Positions 52,389 through 64,000 of a stretch of DNA of 64,000 nucleotides are shown here, one piece after another. The stretch comes from Lama glama. Lineage: Eukaryota. The DNA is taken from the NCBI GenBank assembly GCA_028534125.1, contig CM052817.1, forward strand, positions 40,550,001 through 40,614,000. Direction: 5' to 3'. How positions within the stretch are numbered: the first letter of the stretch is position 1; every line of letters starts with the position of its first letter. A program made the translations under genes and the position numbers. Below the pieces are notes generated by a model. It had not been told where the DNA came from. It was given only the letters and a program-made list of their open reading frames with translations, and searched no databases.

Positions 52389-55300
52389 CTTAAGTGTTTT
52401 TTTTTTTTTAAATATAAGAATAAACAGCTATTTTGAGGATGACATGCCTGTTACATCTCTAGTGGAGTGTGGTGTTTCCACAATTTACTGTGGACTTTTA
52501 GAGTATTTTCAGAGTAAAACGTCTTCGTGAGTTCACCTTATTATATGCTTTCCAACTTTTAACATCCCCAGTTTTTACTTAAAAGCAGTTGCACTGGGAT
52601 TTCTCATTTTGGTGTGAACTCACTATGTCCTGTATAGGGCTATGATTCTTTTAGGGTAGGTTCTTTAAAATATACTTAACTGTCTGGCAAAATGTGCATG
52701 CCCTATAGCCAGCTATCTGGAGGCAGAGATTTTAAAAATCTCATGATCAGTGGAGAACTATAATATTGTGTTAGCTTTCAGACAGTTTTACAAGGTAGGT
52801 ACTTTGACTTGCCTTCATTGGATGAAGCAGGAAGCAGAATAATCCCATTCATTTACCAGCCAAAGTACAGCAATGCTTTTCTAATAGGACAGTTGATCCA
52901 GTCCTGTTACCATTAGTGTATAAACTCAAGTGTGATTCTTTCTGTTTGAGAGTCTTGTGAATTAATTGTGCTGTAGGTTTTCTCTTGTCCAGTTTTTAAG
53001 AAACAGGCCTACCCACCATGTTTTTATTTTAAATATTTGAGATTAAAATTTATGGCCCAGTGCTTCTGGGGCATTTTGAAATTATTTCATTAAACAGTTA
53101 CTTTTAGATAAAGCAGTCTCATGCCAATATACTGGCCTTTGATTCAGTAAGTTGGATTTATTGTAAAGTTGAGACCTTGAGTAGGTGGGTCTGAATTTCT
53201 GCATTCTTTGGAAGCTTTGACAAGTTTCCAAGCTTAAAATTGCAGAAATGGATGCCCCCAGATCTTGAGATAATGAACACGTAAAGGAGGAATACTTCCA
53301 TTCCTTTTTATTTCAAGTTCTTATCTATTACAAAAGATTAAAAATCACCTGATCTTTGGAATTGTAGAATATTATTGAAGTTTTTCAGTGCTACTTTTTG
53401 AGATAAGTATACTTTTGGCTGCTTCTATAAATTAAGGGTATACATACTTTGTTATTTTTAATGTTACCTGGGTATTCTGACATCTGTGAGGGTGTCCTAA
53501 TATAAGACAGTTTTCATTTTACTGTTGTATATGATTTATGGCCAACATGGAAGATGATTAGTTTTAGCCTTTAAGTGATTATATGCCACGCTTGAAAGCA
53601 TTAAAAAAGGAATAGAGTAAAAACTCATTTCCTATTCCAGTTAAAGCTGTGCACCTTGAGTGTGTGCAGATTCACAAATGGAGTGAAACAACTGTTGAAG
53701 TTTTATTTGACTTTAGTTCTGCTTCAACGTTTTAGTAGATAGGGCACTGAACTGGATGCTGGAAGCGTGGGATCTGTTTCTGTTACTTCACTTCCAACAG
53801 TGTGGTCTCAGGTAATATAACATGTTTGTTACTTGGTTTGCTGATCTATGTGTTGGAAACAATGCTCACCACAGGAAGATTGACTACATAGCCTGCTTTC
53901 ATAGTTTGTGTGTATTTATCCCCGTGCCTTAATAGTTGATACTGCCAGTGGTTTACTCCTGTGGAGTAAAGGTAAGCATGTTTTAGTTTCTGGAGTATTA
54001 TATTGTACATTGGAGCTAGACATTTTAGACTGTTTGGGGGTGGAGTGGGGAGACTCGTATTACTGGCAGTGCTTGGCGAATACTCAGAGTGATAGTTTAG
54101 GTCGTGTTGTGTAAGCTCCTACTTATCTAGACTTTCAAAACTACCACAAAGCCCAAATAGCCAGGAAACCCAACTCCCATCTCCCCACCCCAAGTCTTAA
54201 GAGAAAGATAGATGAAAAACTGTCAGCCAGTATACTCAAAAAGCAACTAGAAGACAATGTTACAGAATGAATCTTCTATAATTTTCCTCTTACACTATTA
54301 AAAAGTTAATGTGATTTTAAAGCAAGATTCTAAACTTCTATCAAAAAAGGTGAAAGTCATTTTCTGAGTTTAGTGTCGATACTTAAATTGATTTCTAATA
54401 GAAAACAATGTGTAGTAATCTCAGTTAACCAGAACCTTAACCTCTAGGTTAAGGAAAGCCTATTCCTTAACCTTTAGGTAGATGGGAGTTTACCTTGTAA
54501 AGCTGATTGAAAGTTTATTTTAAAAGTAAAAATGAACAAGATGTCATTCCTGTCTGGGAATGAAACAGAAGGGGAGATTTTTGGGTTCAACATTGAAGTT
54601 TATTAAAAAACTGATGTTAATTAGCTATTATGTTTTCAACTTATCCTTTTCAGTCATTTAGGTTCATTCAGAGTATGAAGAAATGAGATCTAATATATTA
54701 GCTAGAGGAATTAATCTTCTTAATTGACTTGTTAAAAGTTTGTTAAGCTGTTTCCAAAGTTACCTTTTACACAGATTCCTAAACGATAATATGTGAATAC
54801 CATCTAGTTGCAAAAAGTAAACCTCTCCTCAGCTTAGTTAACTGTTGACTTAATTTTAAAATCTAAAATTTATAAGGAATAATTTCTTATCTGTTGGTGA
54901 GATTTCATTATACTTAATATCATTTTAGGATTTTAAAGGAATTATAAAATACCAGAAACTTTTTTTAAAAAAGAATGTAGTATGCTTGAGTAGCATTACT
55001 CTAAAAAGTTACAGTGATTGACCAGTCACGTTATATACTTGAAATGTACATCAGATTGACTTTTTTTTTTGGTAGTTTTTAAACTGTCAGAATTTGTTAT
55101 GAAACAACAAATGGAAGATCGTGAGTTATTAGAAAGTGTTTAAAAGTTACAGAATACTTTTTTTTGTCCCTGTTCTAAAAGTGGGAAGAAATGTAATAGT
55201 ATTTATCATTTTACCTTGAATAAGGTGTTTCACAGTAAGGACTTGATAGGGAAATAATCTTTATATAAAAAATACTTCCTGTTTCTGGAGTGTTAAACCT

Positions 55301-55739
55301 AGTGACCTCAGTAGTATTGAGAACAAAATTCTTGGATGGGAAAAAACAGTATTGGAACAGTTTCCACCAGTCAGCAGTGCTCCATATATATTGTGTTTTA
55401 TATTTTGAAATTATCCTTACTAAAGTTTTTGGCATTTATGTAGAGTACAGACAAGACATCAGTATGATTTTGGAACTACATTTTATTTAAGAGTCTTAGA
55501 CAACTTAATTTCCAGTCTATATAGTTTTACACAGGATATTTAAAATTTCTGGGTTTTTTAAGTCTGGCATTAAAAATAATGCTAGGATCCATTTATATAA
55601 AACTCATCCTGGCTTTTTCCCCGTAATGTTGAAACTTCATATAGCCCATGCAGATTAAAAAAAAATTAAGCTGTTAAGAAAATGAAAAAATTGTTTTATT
55701 AAATTATATGTAGATTGTGCTCTACCTGTTGTAAATAAT

Positions 55740-55925
55740 TATTTTTATTGAGCACTTAGGATTTGTCAGACTATGTTCTGTGCCATTTAAATCCTTAGTA
55801 CAGGTTTATGAGGTAAACTCTTAGTCCTCTTTTTTACAGATGTAGAAAACAGTTTTGGAATTTTTTTTCCCTTAGGATCAGTTCTGGAGGAAGGATTTAG
55901 ACCCCAGACAGTTTGGCTTACTGTC
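55740..55925 (-). mobile_element. Degenerate MIR
   Basis: ttattgagcactta..tttaaatcctt..tatgaggta..ttttacagatgtagaaaacag..ggatttagaccccagacagtttggct. Confidence 0.6.
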
Positions 55926-58900
55926 TCTAAATTTACTTTCTATAAAAGAGAATGACCTAAATTCTCATTTAGAGAGTTATGTGCACTGAGTTGTATAACT
56001 TTGCCTGCCATTTAATATTATAATATGGTGTAATATCAATATGTGTAAAGGCAAGGAGATTTCAATTACTGAGTAAGTGTTTTAAATTGAATATTGTACT
56101 GTCTTTGGGGTGCTAAATAGCTTTACAGACAGGATCAAGAAATTAAACTTTGTATAAAAAAGTTAAAAAGAAATTAAACTTTGTTAATGCTGTAAATGGA
56201 GTCCTACACTTTAATAGGGATTATCAATTGACTTGTAAGTAAGGATCAAGTTTTAAACTTATATTGCCGTATTAGGGGCCCATTTTTGCTAGTTGAATGA
56301 GTCCTCTTGTAGTTTTAACGTGACTGCTCAGGATTTTTCTAAAGTTCCAGCTCTGCTTCATTGTAAAGTGTGCACATCTCTGCAGGGGTGAAAGCAACTT
56401 GAAAGTTAGTCTTTGTATTTAAGGTAGTAAAGGTAATCTGGCCAGACAATAGGTGGTGTACATCAAGCAAGATACAGTAATATAAAATATAGAAAGTTTA
56501 AATTGGTATCTTGTACCATCTCATAATTTGAGAGAGAGCATGTCAGAATGCTGGTGTTTCAGAGAGGCTAAAATAAGTTCCCATTTATCCAGAGTTAAGA
56601 TAACAGACTTTTTCTTATGTATTATACATTTATATCTTGCTGTGCCTACTGAATGAAAATGGGGTGGATTTAATATGTTCCATTTAGTAAAGATGGAATG
56701 GATTTGATACAGTTTGTGTTCATTGTAGAATATCCAGTTGTCTGGTTATTAGTTGTGCAGCACCCTTTATTAGAGCAGAAGGAAAAGAGTGCTTTTGGGC
56801 TGCCAAAATGGTAATGCATTTGTTTCAGAAAGATCCAGTTAGGCACTTGCTCAGAGGCTGTTCACGTTTACTTTACACAAAATTTGAAAATTTTGAGTGC
56901 TAGCTACCTAGCTACAGAGTGGATGGGGGAAGCATTTTAGAACAGTAACTTTGGTTAATCTAGCAAAAATGAGAACTGAAACTTGTTAAGAAAGCTAAGA
57001 AATAAGATGCACTTGGTATATTCATAAGTAATTCTCTAACTTCAGAAGACCCTATGGGCATGCTACAGTAGCATAATGTATTAGTGGTAACTGACCCAAA
57101 GAGTGTTAAATCATGATTACTGTATTTGATTAAGGCAGAAGAGTATGTGATACATTGTAGGAAAAAAATTCATTCCAAGTGATTGAAGGTTAAAAAACAA
57201 TTGGGAGAAAACCAAAAAAAAAGGTGGGGGGAAGTGATTAAGGAGAGCAGGCAGTGTTTGAAGAAAGGTGTAATATATATTTGGCTCCTCATTCTCCAAA
57301 GGTGCTGGATAGCCGAAGTTTTACTACATATTTTGCTTTAAGTTTTTGAAAAACAGTAATCGTTCTATGGAATATGTATAAATTATAGTTGACTAGAACA
57401 CTTACTAAATTTCTGGGATTTGATTGTTAGTTGAGGCCTCTTCAGGGACCTTTTAACTCTGAGGTAGGTACCTTTAACGACTTCTTTACTAAAGACTACA
57501 TTGAACGTGTAAAAAGTTTCTTTAAAGAACCCTTAATAGGCCAGGTGATGAATTAGTATGCTTATCTAATACTTAAGAAAACTGACTCCCAAAGTTGAGA
57601 AAAAGTTTGGGGCTTGTGAATAATAGAACATGCCTCATTCTTGGTGTTACAATTTATTTCTTTGTAATTGTTTTTTATTTCTTAATTTTAAATTGACACA
57701 ACCCAATAATAAACATTGTCTTGGTTAAATAAAATCAAAATGAGTTCAGTCTCAATATCTGAGGAACAGACTAGACACAGGATTTTGTTGCCTTTCAATT
57801 TTAGCTTTTTAAAATAAGGCTTTTGTTACTTGATCTCTTCAGGTTGAAATACTTTCCAGCTGTTAAATTATTAATGGAAAATTTCTGTAATAATCACAGA
57901 AGTGGTAATTTAATAGTTACACTTCAATTTACTTGGAAGTTGTTTCTGTTCTAGAATTTTCCCTGAATATCTGAGCAAGAGGTCATTGCTTTATAGTCAG
58001 TTCTTTTTCTCATCTTTAAAAAGATAACAGTGTCCTCTTCACCTTGAAAGAGTAAATGTTGGTAATATACTTTTCATCTATGAAGGAAATGCTCTGGATC
58101 TTTAGGTTAAAAATAAGATGTTTAAGGGAATACAGATTGGATATTCATTGGATATGGAAGAAAATATAATTGAGAAAGTACCTCAACTTTTGTTCTATGG
58201 AATTGGCAATAAACATTAAAAATACCTGTACAACATTATGGGTGTTTTCTTATGCTCATTTGACTGTAAAATACAAAAAGAGATAATAAATGGACATTTT
58301 ATTAGCAGAAATCCTGAATGTTAAGCATATAAATAGTCCAGCTCTAGAATACAGGTACAAGTTGAAAACCTGACCTGAAATGGGAAGCACAGAATATGCC
58401 TAAAGTAAGACTTCTTTTACATTAAGTCAGCTTTGTTATTAGAAGTAAAAAACAAGTTTGTGATAAAATAGTAAAATCAGCAACACCTCAGTTAATCCAG
58501 CATCTTTAGGTGAAGAGGAAGCAAGATCTTTTTCTAGGGACAGGCTTGTCCTCTTGTTGCAAGAATTGGCTCTAGTGGAAATATCCTAAAAAGCCTACAA
58601 GATGGAGGTGTTTCTTGCTTTAATTTCTTTCCATAGCTGGAAATTAGCACCACATAACCATCATCATCCTTACCCTGACCCACCACAGTTATAAAGATAG
58701 GAGGCATTGACCAAACATAGTTATTCCATGGTGAAATTGATCATTAGCTCTCACATAACAAATTCTGACAGTTTACCCTTAAAATAACAATATCCAATCT
58801 TGTCTGTTTAAAGGGTAGAAGGTATGTTAGCTCTTTAGTGGGGGTGGGTAAAGGGGGCAGGTGTAAAATGGATCACAGAGCTGCCAGATCTGAGCTTTAT

Positions 58901-59674
58901 GGCCTTTTGCTATAATAAAAATAAGATTTCACCTTAATTTTTTTTGATGGGAGTGTATTTTTGGTCTTAAAGTGTCCTGGTGGTTTCCACTTACCACCTG
59001 TCACTTTTAGCATTTTAAAGATTTAAATATTTTGTTGCTGGTTAACTGAGGTTCTACTGTAAGGAAATCATCTAGGTTAATTAGTGGCTTGTGTTTCAGT
59101 GAATAATTCTTTTTGTTCATTAAATTGCTTATGTGATTACTTTTGTCTTCATTAGTGATTCTTAGCACATCAAAAAACTTGGTTTACAACTTAATCGTGA
59201 GATGTAGATTTTCCATTTTATGTGCTAAGAGTTTTGTTAGAGAACTGTTAAGACAGGAGCTTCAGCGTAGACACGTGCTGCTTGCTGTGGTTAGTGGAGA
59301 CTACGTAGCCTTTATAAGTTTAATGAAGATTTGGAAGAGAAATTTGAAGCTGAAGTTCTGTATTTTGCTGTTAACCAATATTTAACTTTCTGTAATTTAA
59401 TGTATATACTATTTTTACTTTGGGATTACCTTTTTTGCAAGTCAGAAGATTTAATCTGCTGCTTGCTCTCTAGTTTTTAATTATGCAGGCGCAGTAGTCA
59501 TAAGCAAAACTTTCCAAAATAGGGTGTTCCTGATATGTGGTTATATAGGAAGAATGACATTTTAATATACTGCCCAGTAAATTGGTGCAGTTTGGAAAAG
59601 TTATTGATGTGGATACTTAAGACAAAATTAAAATTTTTTTTTTAGCATTTTAATATTGCTTTTTGTCTTTACAG

Positions 59675-59843
59675 GAAAATGTTTATAGGAGGCCTTAGCT
59701 GGGACACTACAAAGAAAGATCTGAAGGACTACTTCTCCAAATTTGGTGAAGTCGTAGACTGCACTCTGAAGTTAGATCCTATCACAGGGCGATCAAGGGG
59801 TTTTGGCTTTGTGCTATTTAAAGAGTCGGAGAGTGTAGATAAG
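59675..59843 (+). CDS. HNRNPD: HNRNPD exon 3 (RRM1)
   Basis: tttacag|[40 protein letters not shown]...[16 protein letters not shown]; 169 nt, donor AAG|gtagtg. Confidence 0.97.
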
Positions 59844-60452
59844 GTAGTGTGCTACGTGTTCTGATCAGTTAATACTGTAAAATAATGTGAATAGCTTGAT
59901 ACAATTAATCCATTATTTATAATTTCCCCTTTTGCAGTTAATGCGAAGGAAGAAAATTCTTGTCAATACCTTTTATGAAAAGAGTCAGATTCAAGAACTG
60001 TTTACTGAATATTTTTTGTGTGCCAGGGTCTACTAAATTAAAATTAACTTTAAAAGTATTGAGACTTAAACATACTCAATTAGAAGTATGTGCTATGATA
60101 AGTTCACAGAAGTATGGATTTTGAAATTTGTTAAGCAAGAAACTTGACAATTATTTTTACAATTTAGGCTAAAGGAAAGTAGCAGTCATACTTATATTGC
60201 TGACAGTTAAAGGCATGGTGAGTTTTTAGTAATTGATTAACAACACTCTTCATTCTTACTGACATTTAGGTTTAAACATTGGTACGTATTGGCTGATGTC
60301 ACATTACCATAATTTGATAGTTTGTGAGCCAGTCAAACATAAGCCTGGCATTAGCTATATTTATTTAAATATAATAGTTTTTAAGTAAGTTAACTATCTC
60401 TGAACTTTAGTTAAACTGTATATCTTTAAAATGAAAACTTCAATTTCCTTAG

Positions 60453-60614
60453 GTGATGGATCAGAAAGAACATAAACTGAATGGGAAGGTGATTGATCCT
60501 AAAAGGGCCAAAGCCATGAAAACAAAAGAGCCTGTTAAAAAAATTTTTGTTGGTGGCCTTTCTCCAGATACACCTGAAGAGAAAATAAGGGAGTACTTTG
60601 GTGGTTTTGGTGAG
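60453..60614 (+). CDS. HNRNPD: HNRNPD exon 4
   Basis: tag|[31 protein letters not shown]...IFVGGL...FGGFGE; 162 nt, donor GAG|gtatgt. Confidence 0.97.
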
Positions 60615-61109
60615 GTATGTGATAATATTTTCACCCAGTTTTTGTCAAAATTAGTGTGAATGTAATTGTCACATAAAAGGGTTTTCACTGGATTTTCCAG
60701 CAAATTATTTTGAAATTTGGACAGATTATGTGATTTGTTTTGAAATAAGGATGGTATAAATTTCTTTATTAGCAAATTTTTGAAGGTTAGATGAATGAAT
60801 TTTCTAGTTTATTGAGAAACTGTTGTATACATAACATTGCTGGGCACAGGGTACATACAGATGAAATAGACATTCTTATCTTGGAATTTACTGAATTAGT
60901 AAAAGAAAGAAAACTAAAACAAGAAGAAGAAATCCAGATTGAATTACGTGAGCCGTAGAAGGAAATGGTTCAGTTGAGAATAGGAAAAAAATAAACTTAG
61001 AAAAGAATGTAGTGCTTTCTGAATTTAAGTACATGTATATGTGCAAATTTTAAGAGGCTAACTAGACTTTGAGATTCCTTTTATGAATTGATTTAAAGCT
61101 AAAATGAGA

Positions 61110-61467
61110 AATTTGTGGCTTTTGGCTCCAGGTACACCCTGCAGACATCCTTGGTTTGATTCAAACAAAATGTTTTGTGTATTTTGTTGTTAGTATTTAG
61201 GAATTGAGATATTTTCCACAAAAATCTGGATATCTAGCTTTTCTTAAATAGTTGTAGGAGCAAGCAGCATTGGAACTGCCTTTTTGCATGGTGATAACCA
61301 TCTAAGATGTGTAGCAACTTCCACCTTTGGTTAGATGCTCTCCAGTGTTCAGTGATCCTCACCATTCTCCATTTTCTCCCTAATGCAGTGACTTAACGTT
61401 TTTTTTTTAAAAGTTGACTGTTTTCCTTTTGCTTGTTCTTGGTAGGCATTTGAATTGTGACCCTTGG
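61110..61467. mobile_element. hAT-Charlie MITE (MER102-like) in HNRNPD intron 4
   Basis: aaaaatctggatatctagcttttctt..gcatggtgataaccatc..gctctccagt..gtaggcatttgaattgtgaccct, matching the recalled MER102 end. Confidence 0.6.
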
Positions 61468-61714
61468 TTTAGGTAGTCAATGTCAGTACCCTGTAAAGCT
61501 TTATTTTTTAATGGATAGGTTTAAAGACTTTGTAGGTGGAGTGCGTATTCTAATTTGAAGACTTAAAAAGATTAGAACAAACAGGGAGAGAGAGCACTCA
61601 ATAGAGCTTGAGGGCCAAATGTATGTTTTCTTTGTGTATTTTTCCCACTAAACTTATGCTCTTACTATCAATAACATGCACACTAAGGTATTAAAACTTA
61701 TTTTTTGATATCAG

Positions 61715-61846
61715 GTTGAATCCATAGAGCTCCCCATGGACAACAAGACCAATAAGAGGCGTGGATTCTGCTTTATTACCTTTAAGGAAGAGGAACCAGT
61801 GAAGAAGATAATGGAAAAGAAATACCACAATGTTGGTCTTAGTAAA
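61715..61846 (+). CDS. HNRNPD: HNRNPD exon 5 (RRM2)
   Basis: cag|[53 protein letters not shown]; 132 nt, donor AAA|gtaagt. Confidence 0.96.
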
Positions 61847-62301
61847 GTAAGTTAAGCATCCATTTACTTACAAAGAGTATACATACAGCTGTTGGAGGGA
61901 GTTTAATCATCTGAACTTTCTATAAAGGCTTCAGGTTGTGTGTTTGTGCTTTAAAGATGTCTCATTGGCCCCTTATTTATCAAAGTAATTTTTTTTGACT
62001 TTTTGCTTTTACTGGGGAGCAAGAGGGAAACATTTAAATGTATTTCGTAGAAGCTTTACAAGAGATACTCTTTGAGGACCTGACAAATAGAATGTAGTAG
62101 CATACTCAAGCAAATACTTCTTGAATATATCAGAAGTGATTATTTCTCGAAGTACTGATGATTGAATTAATTAATAAACTGATTTTGAGGAAAGTATCAA
62201 ATGAACCATCTGTATGTTTTAGACAGTATTGGCTATTCTGGTTACTGTAAACTGATTTGTTTTCTTGAGTCAGTGTAATAACATAATTTTCCTCTTTGTA
62301 G

Positions 62302-62401
62302 TGTGAAATAAAAGTAGCCATGTCGAAGGAACAGTATCAGCAACAGCAGCAGTGGGGATCTAGAGGAGGATTCGCGGGAAGAGCACGTGGAAGAGGTGGT
62401 G
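62302..62401 (+). CDS. HNRNPD: HNRNPD exon 6 (Q-rich / RGG)
   Basis: tag|TGT GAA ATA AAA; CEIKVAMSKEQYQQQQQWGSRGGFAGRARGRGG; 100 nt, donor G|gtaagc. Confidence 0.96.
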
Positions 62402-62513
62402 GTAAGCTAGAGCCTAAGTTTACTCTATCTTAAGCTTTTCTACTTTTTAATTATCCTGAAGTAAAGATCTTTGCTGATCTTCTGACTTTAGTGAACCTAT
62501 TAATGTGCTGCAG

Positions 62514-62660
62514 GCCCCAGTCAAAACTGGAACCAGGGATATAGTAACTATTGGAATCAAGGCTATGGCAACTATGGATATAACAGCCAAGGTTACGGTG
62601 GTTATGGAGGATATGACTACACTGGTTACAACAACTACTATGGATATGGTGATTATAGCA
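62514..62660 (+). CDS. HNRNPD: HNRNPD exon 7 (147-nt Tyr/Gly-rich cassette, p42/p45 isoforms)
   Basis: cag|[37 protein letters not shown]...YGDYS; donor A|gtaagt; phase 1-1. Confidence 0.96.
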
Positions 62661-63747
62661 GTAAGTACTATACTTTTTATATTAACTGCTATTTGACATT
62701 TATTTTGTACAAATTTGGATAGGTAGAAAGGTTAGTATAGCTTTGCCAAGCACAAACTTCTTCAGGTTTCAAATTCCTGGAAACTTGAAACTGCAGCCAT
62801 TTTATTGCTAGGTTCCTCCCAGCCTGTACCACATGCACACTATAAGGGTAAGGTGTATGTGTGCCTCTGTGTATGTATGCTGGGCTTTTGTTTTTTTTTG
62901 CATTTAAAAACTTTAAGGTTAGGTCAGGTTTTGTAATAAGTTCAAGGTATTCTAAATGTCAGTTCTTGAACCATCCAATAATCTTGGCATGATGTGTCTT
63001 AACCCTATAAAATTGAAGAATATCACATGATGCCAGTTACAACAAATCGTATCCTCACCATAATGTTATTAGGTAGAAATTCTTAAAGCAGTTGTTTAGC
63101 TTGATAGGGCAAGTATAGTTGAAATTTAGACATGAAAGCCGTGACTTCGTTGCGCAACTAAATATGTTGCCTTCCTAATCTGTCGTGACTTACGCTTTTT
63201 AGGGAAAGGGCTCTAGTAGAAGCAATCTTAGATTCCTTTGGAAGAGAGTGGTTTCATTGATTGCATTGTTTTAAATGGTGATCCTTTTCCTTCCTTGGTT
63301 AGCCCAGTTCTTGGAATCATATCCTTTTCTTAGGTGACTAGGCCTGCTGCACAATAATAGGCTAACTAAAGTCAGAAGAAGGTCAGCAAAGATGGATGGG
63401 TGAGATTGGGGCCCTTTGTTTAGAAGGGCAGAGATACGAAGCATTGATTGTGGTCGACAAAAATCTACTGTCCCAAATTTGTAAGATGGTTTTACCTAGT
63501 GGTTGTGAAAGGGTCTGCTTTGAAATTCAAAAAAGGGTCAAAGGATTATTTCCCTTTTAGTCAAGTAATCAACTCATCCTGAATGCCTGCCATTGTAGGC
63601 ATTCAATATTTGTTAAATGATTGGATAGGGTGATTTTTCAGACTGGGAAGATAACCTTAATTTTTGATATTATTTAAAATTAGGCACTGTTCTTATTGTT
63701 AGTATGTAACCACTACAGATCTGGTTCTAACACTTTTTTTATCTTAG

Positions 63748-63815
63748 ACCAGCAGAGTGGTTATGGGAAAGTATCCAGGCGAGGTGGTCATCAAAATAGC
63801 TACAAACCATACTAA
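63748..63815 (+). CDS. HNRNPD: HNRNPD exon 8 coding part (PY-NLS, stop); exon continues to 63845
   Basis: tag|AC CAG CAG AGT...QQSGYGKVSRRGGHQNSYKPY*, TAA 63813-63815; donor CAG|gtatgt after 63845. Exon sum 233+57+169+162+132+100+147+68=1068 nt = 355 aa + stop. Confidence 0.96.
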
Positions 63816-64000
63816 ATTATTCCATTTGCAACTTATCCCCAACAGGTATGTTCTAAAAATAGTTTTATTATCATTTTAAAGTAGTTAATATACTCTATAT
63901 TGCACTTAAAATAATGTTTATTATTTTAGAGTTTCACAGCACCCAGAAGTGCTTATCATATTTTAACATAGTGACTTTTCAAGATATGTAACACAGGTGC

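Noticed and set aside
53740..53900. Possible intronic snoRNA in HNRNPD intron 2
   Set aside because: No convincing C/D box pair with terminal stem or H/ACA two-hairpin layout; splice-site features explain the block better.

Overview
Mammalian genomic DNA, probably a camelid, judged from a recurring tRNA-Ala-derived SINE resembling Vic-1. The window holds three genes. ENOPH1 exon 1 lies on the minus strand, with its intron 1 running off the left edge. It is head-to-head across a CpG island with the complete HNRNPDL gene (+, 7 coding exons, 420 aa, then a 3'-UTR cassette exon and a terminal exon). After about 30 kb of repeat-dense intergenic DNA comes its tandem paralogue HNRNPD/AUF1 (+, all 8 coding exons, 355 aa p45 form; its 3'-UTR exons run off the right edge). 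Exon coordinates were read from splice sites, and each gene's exons sum to a complete reading frame. Five observations stand out. (1) A full core promoter (CRE/CCAAT/GC/TATA/TCT-like initiator/YY1) is written inside the codons of the long HNRNPDL N-terminus, and its initiator matches the HNRNPD start site. (2) Both paralogues share the NMD-switch architecture in their 3' UTRs. (3) There are candidate additional poison exons in HNRNPD intron 2 and HNRNPDL intron 7. (4) An L1 3'-transduction and a chimeric retro-insertion, both TSD-flanked, sit in ENOPH1 intron 1. (5) A fossil CR1/L3 ORF1 esterase domain lies in the intergenic region. No CRISPR arrays, rRNA or genuine tRNA genes were seen. Repeat family names come from recalled consensus sequences, not from a database search.
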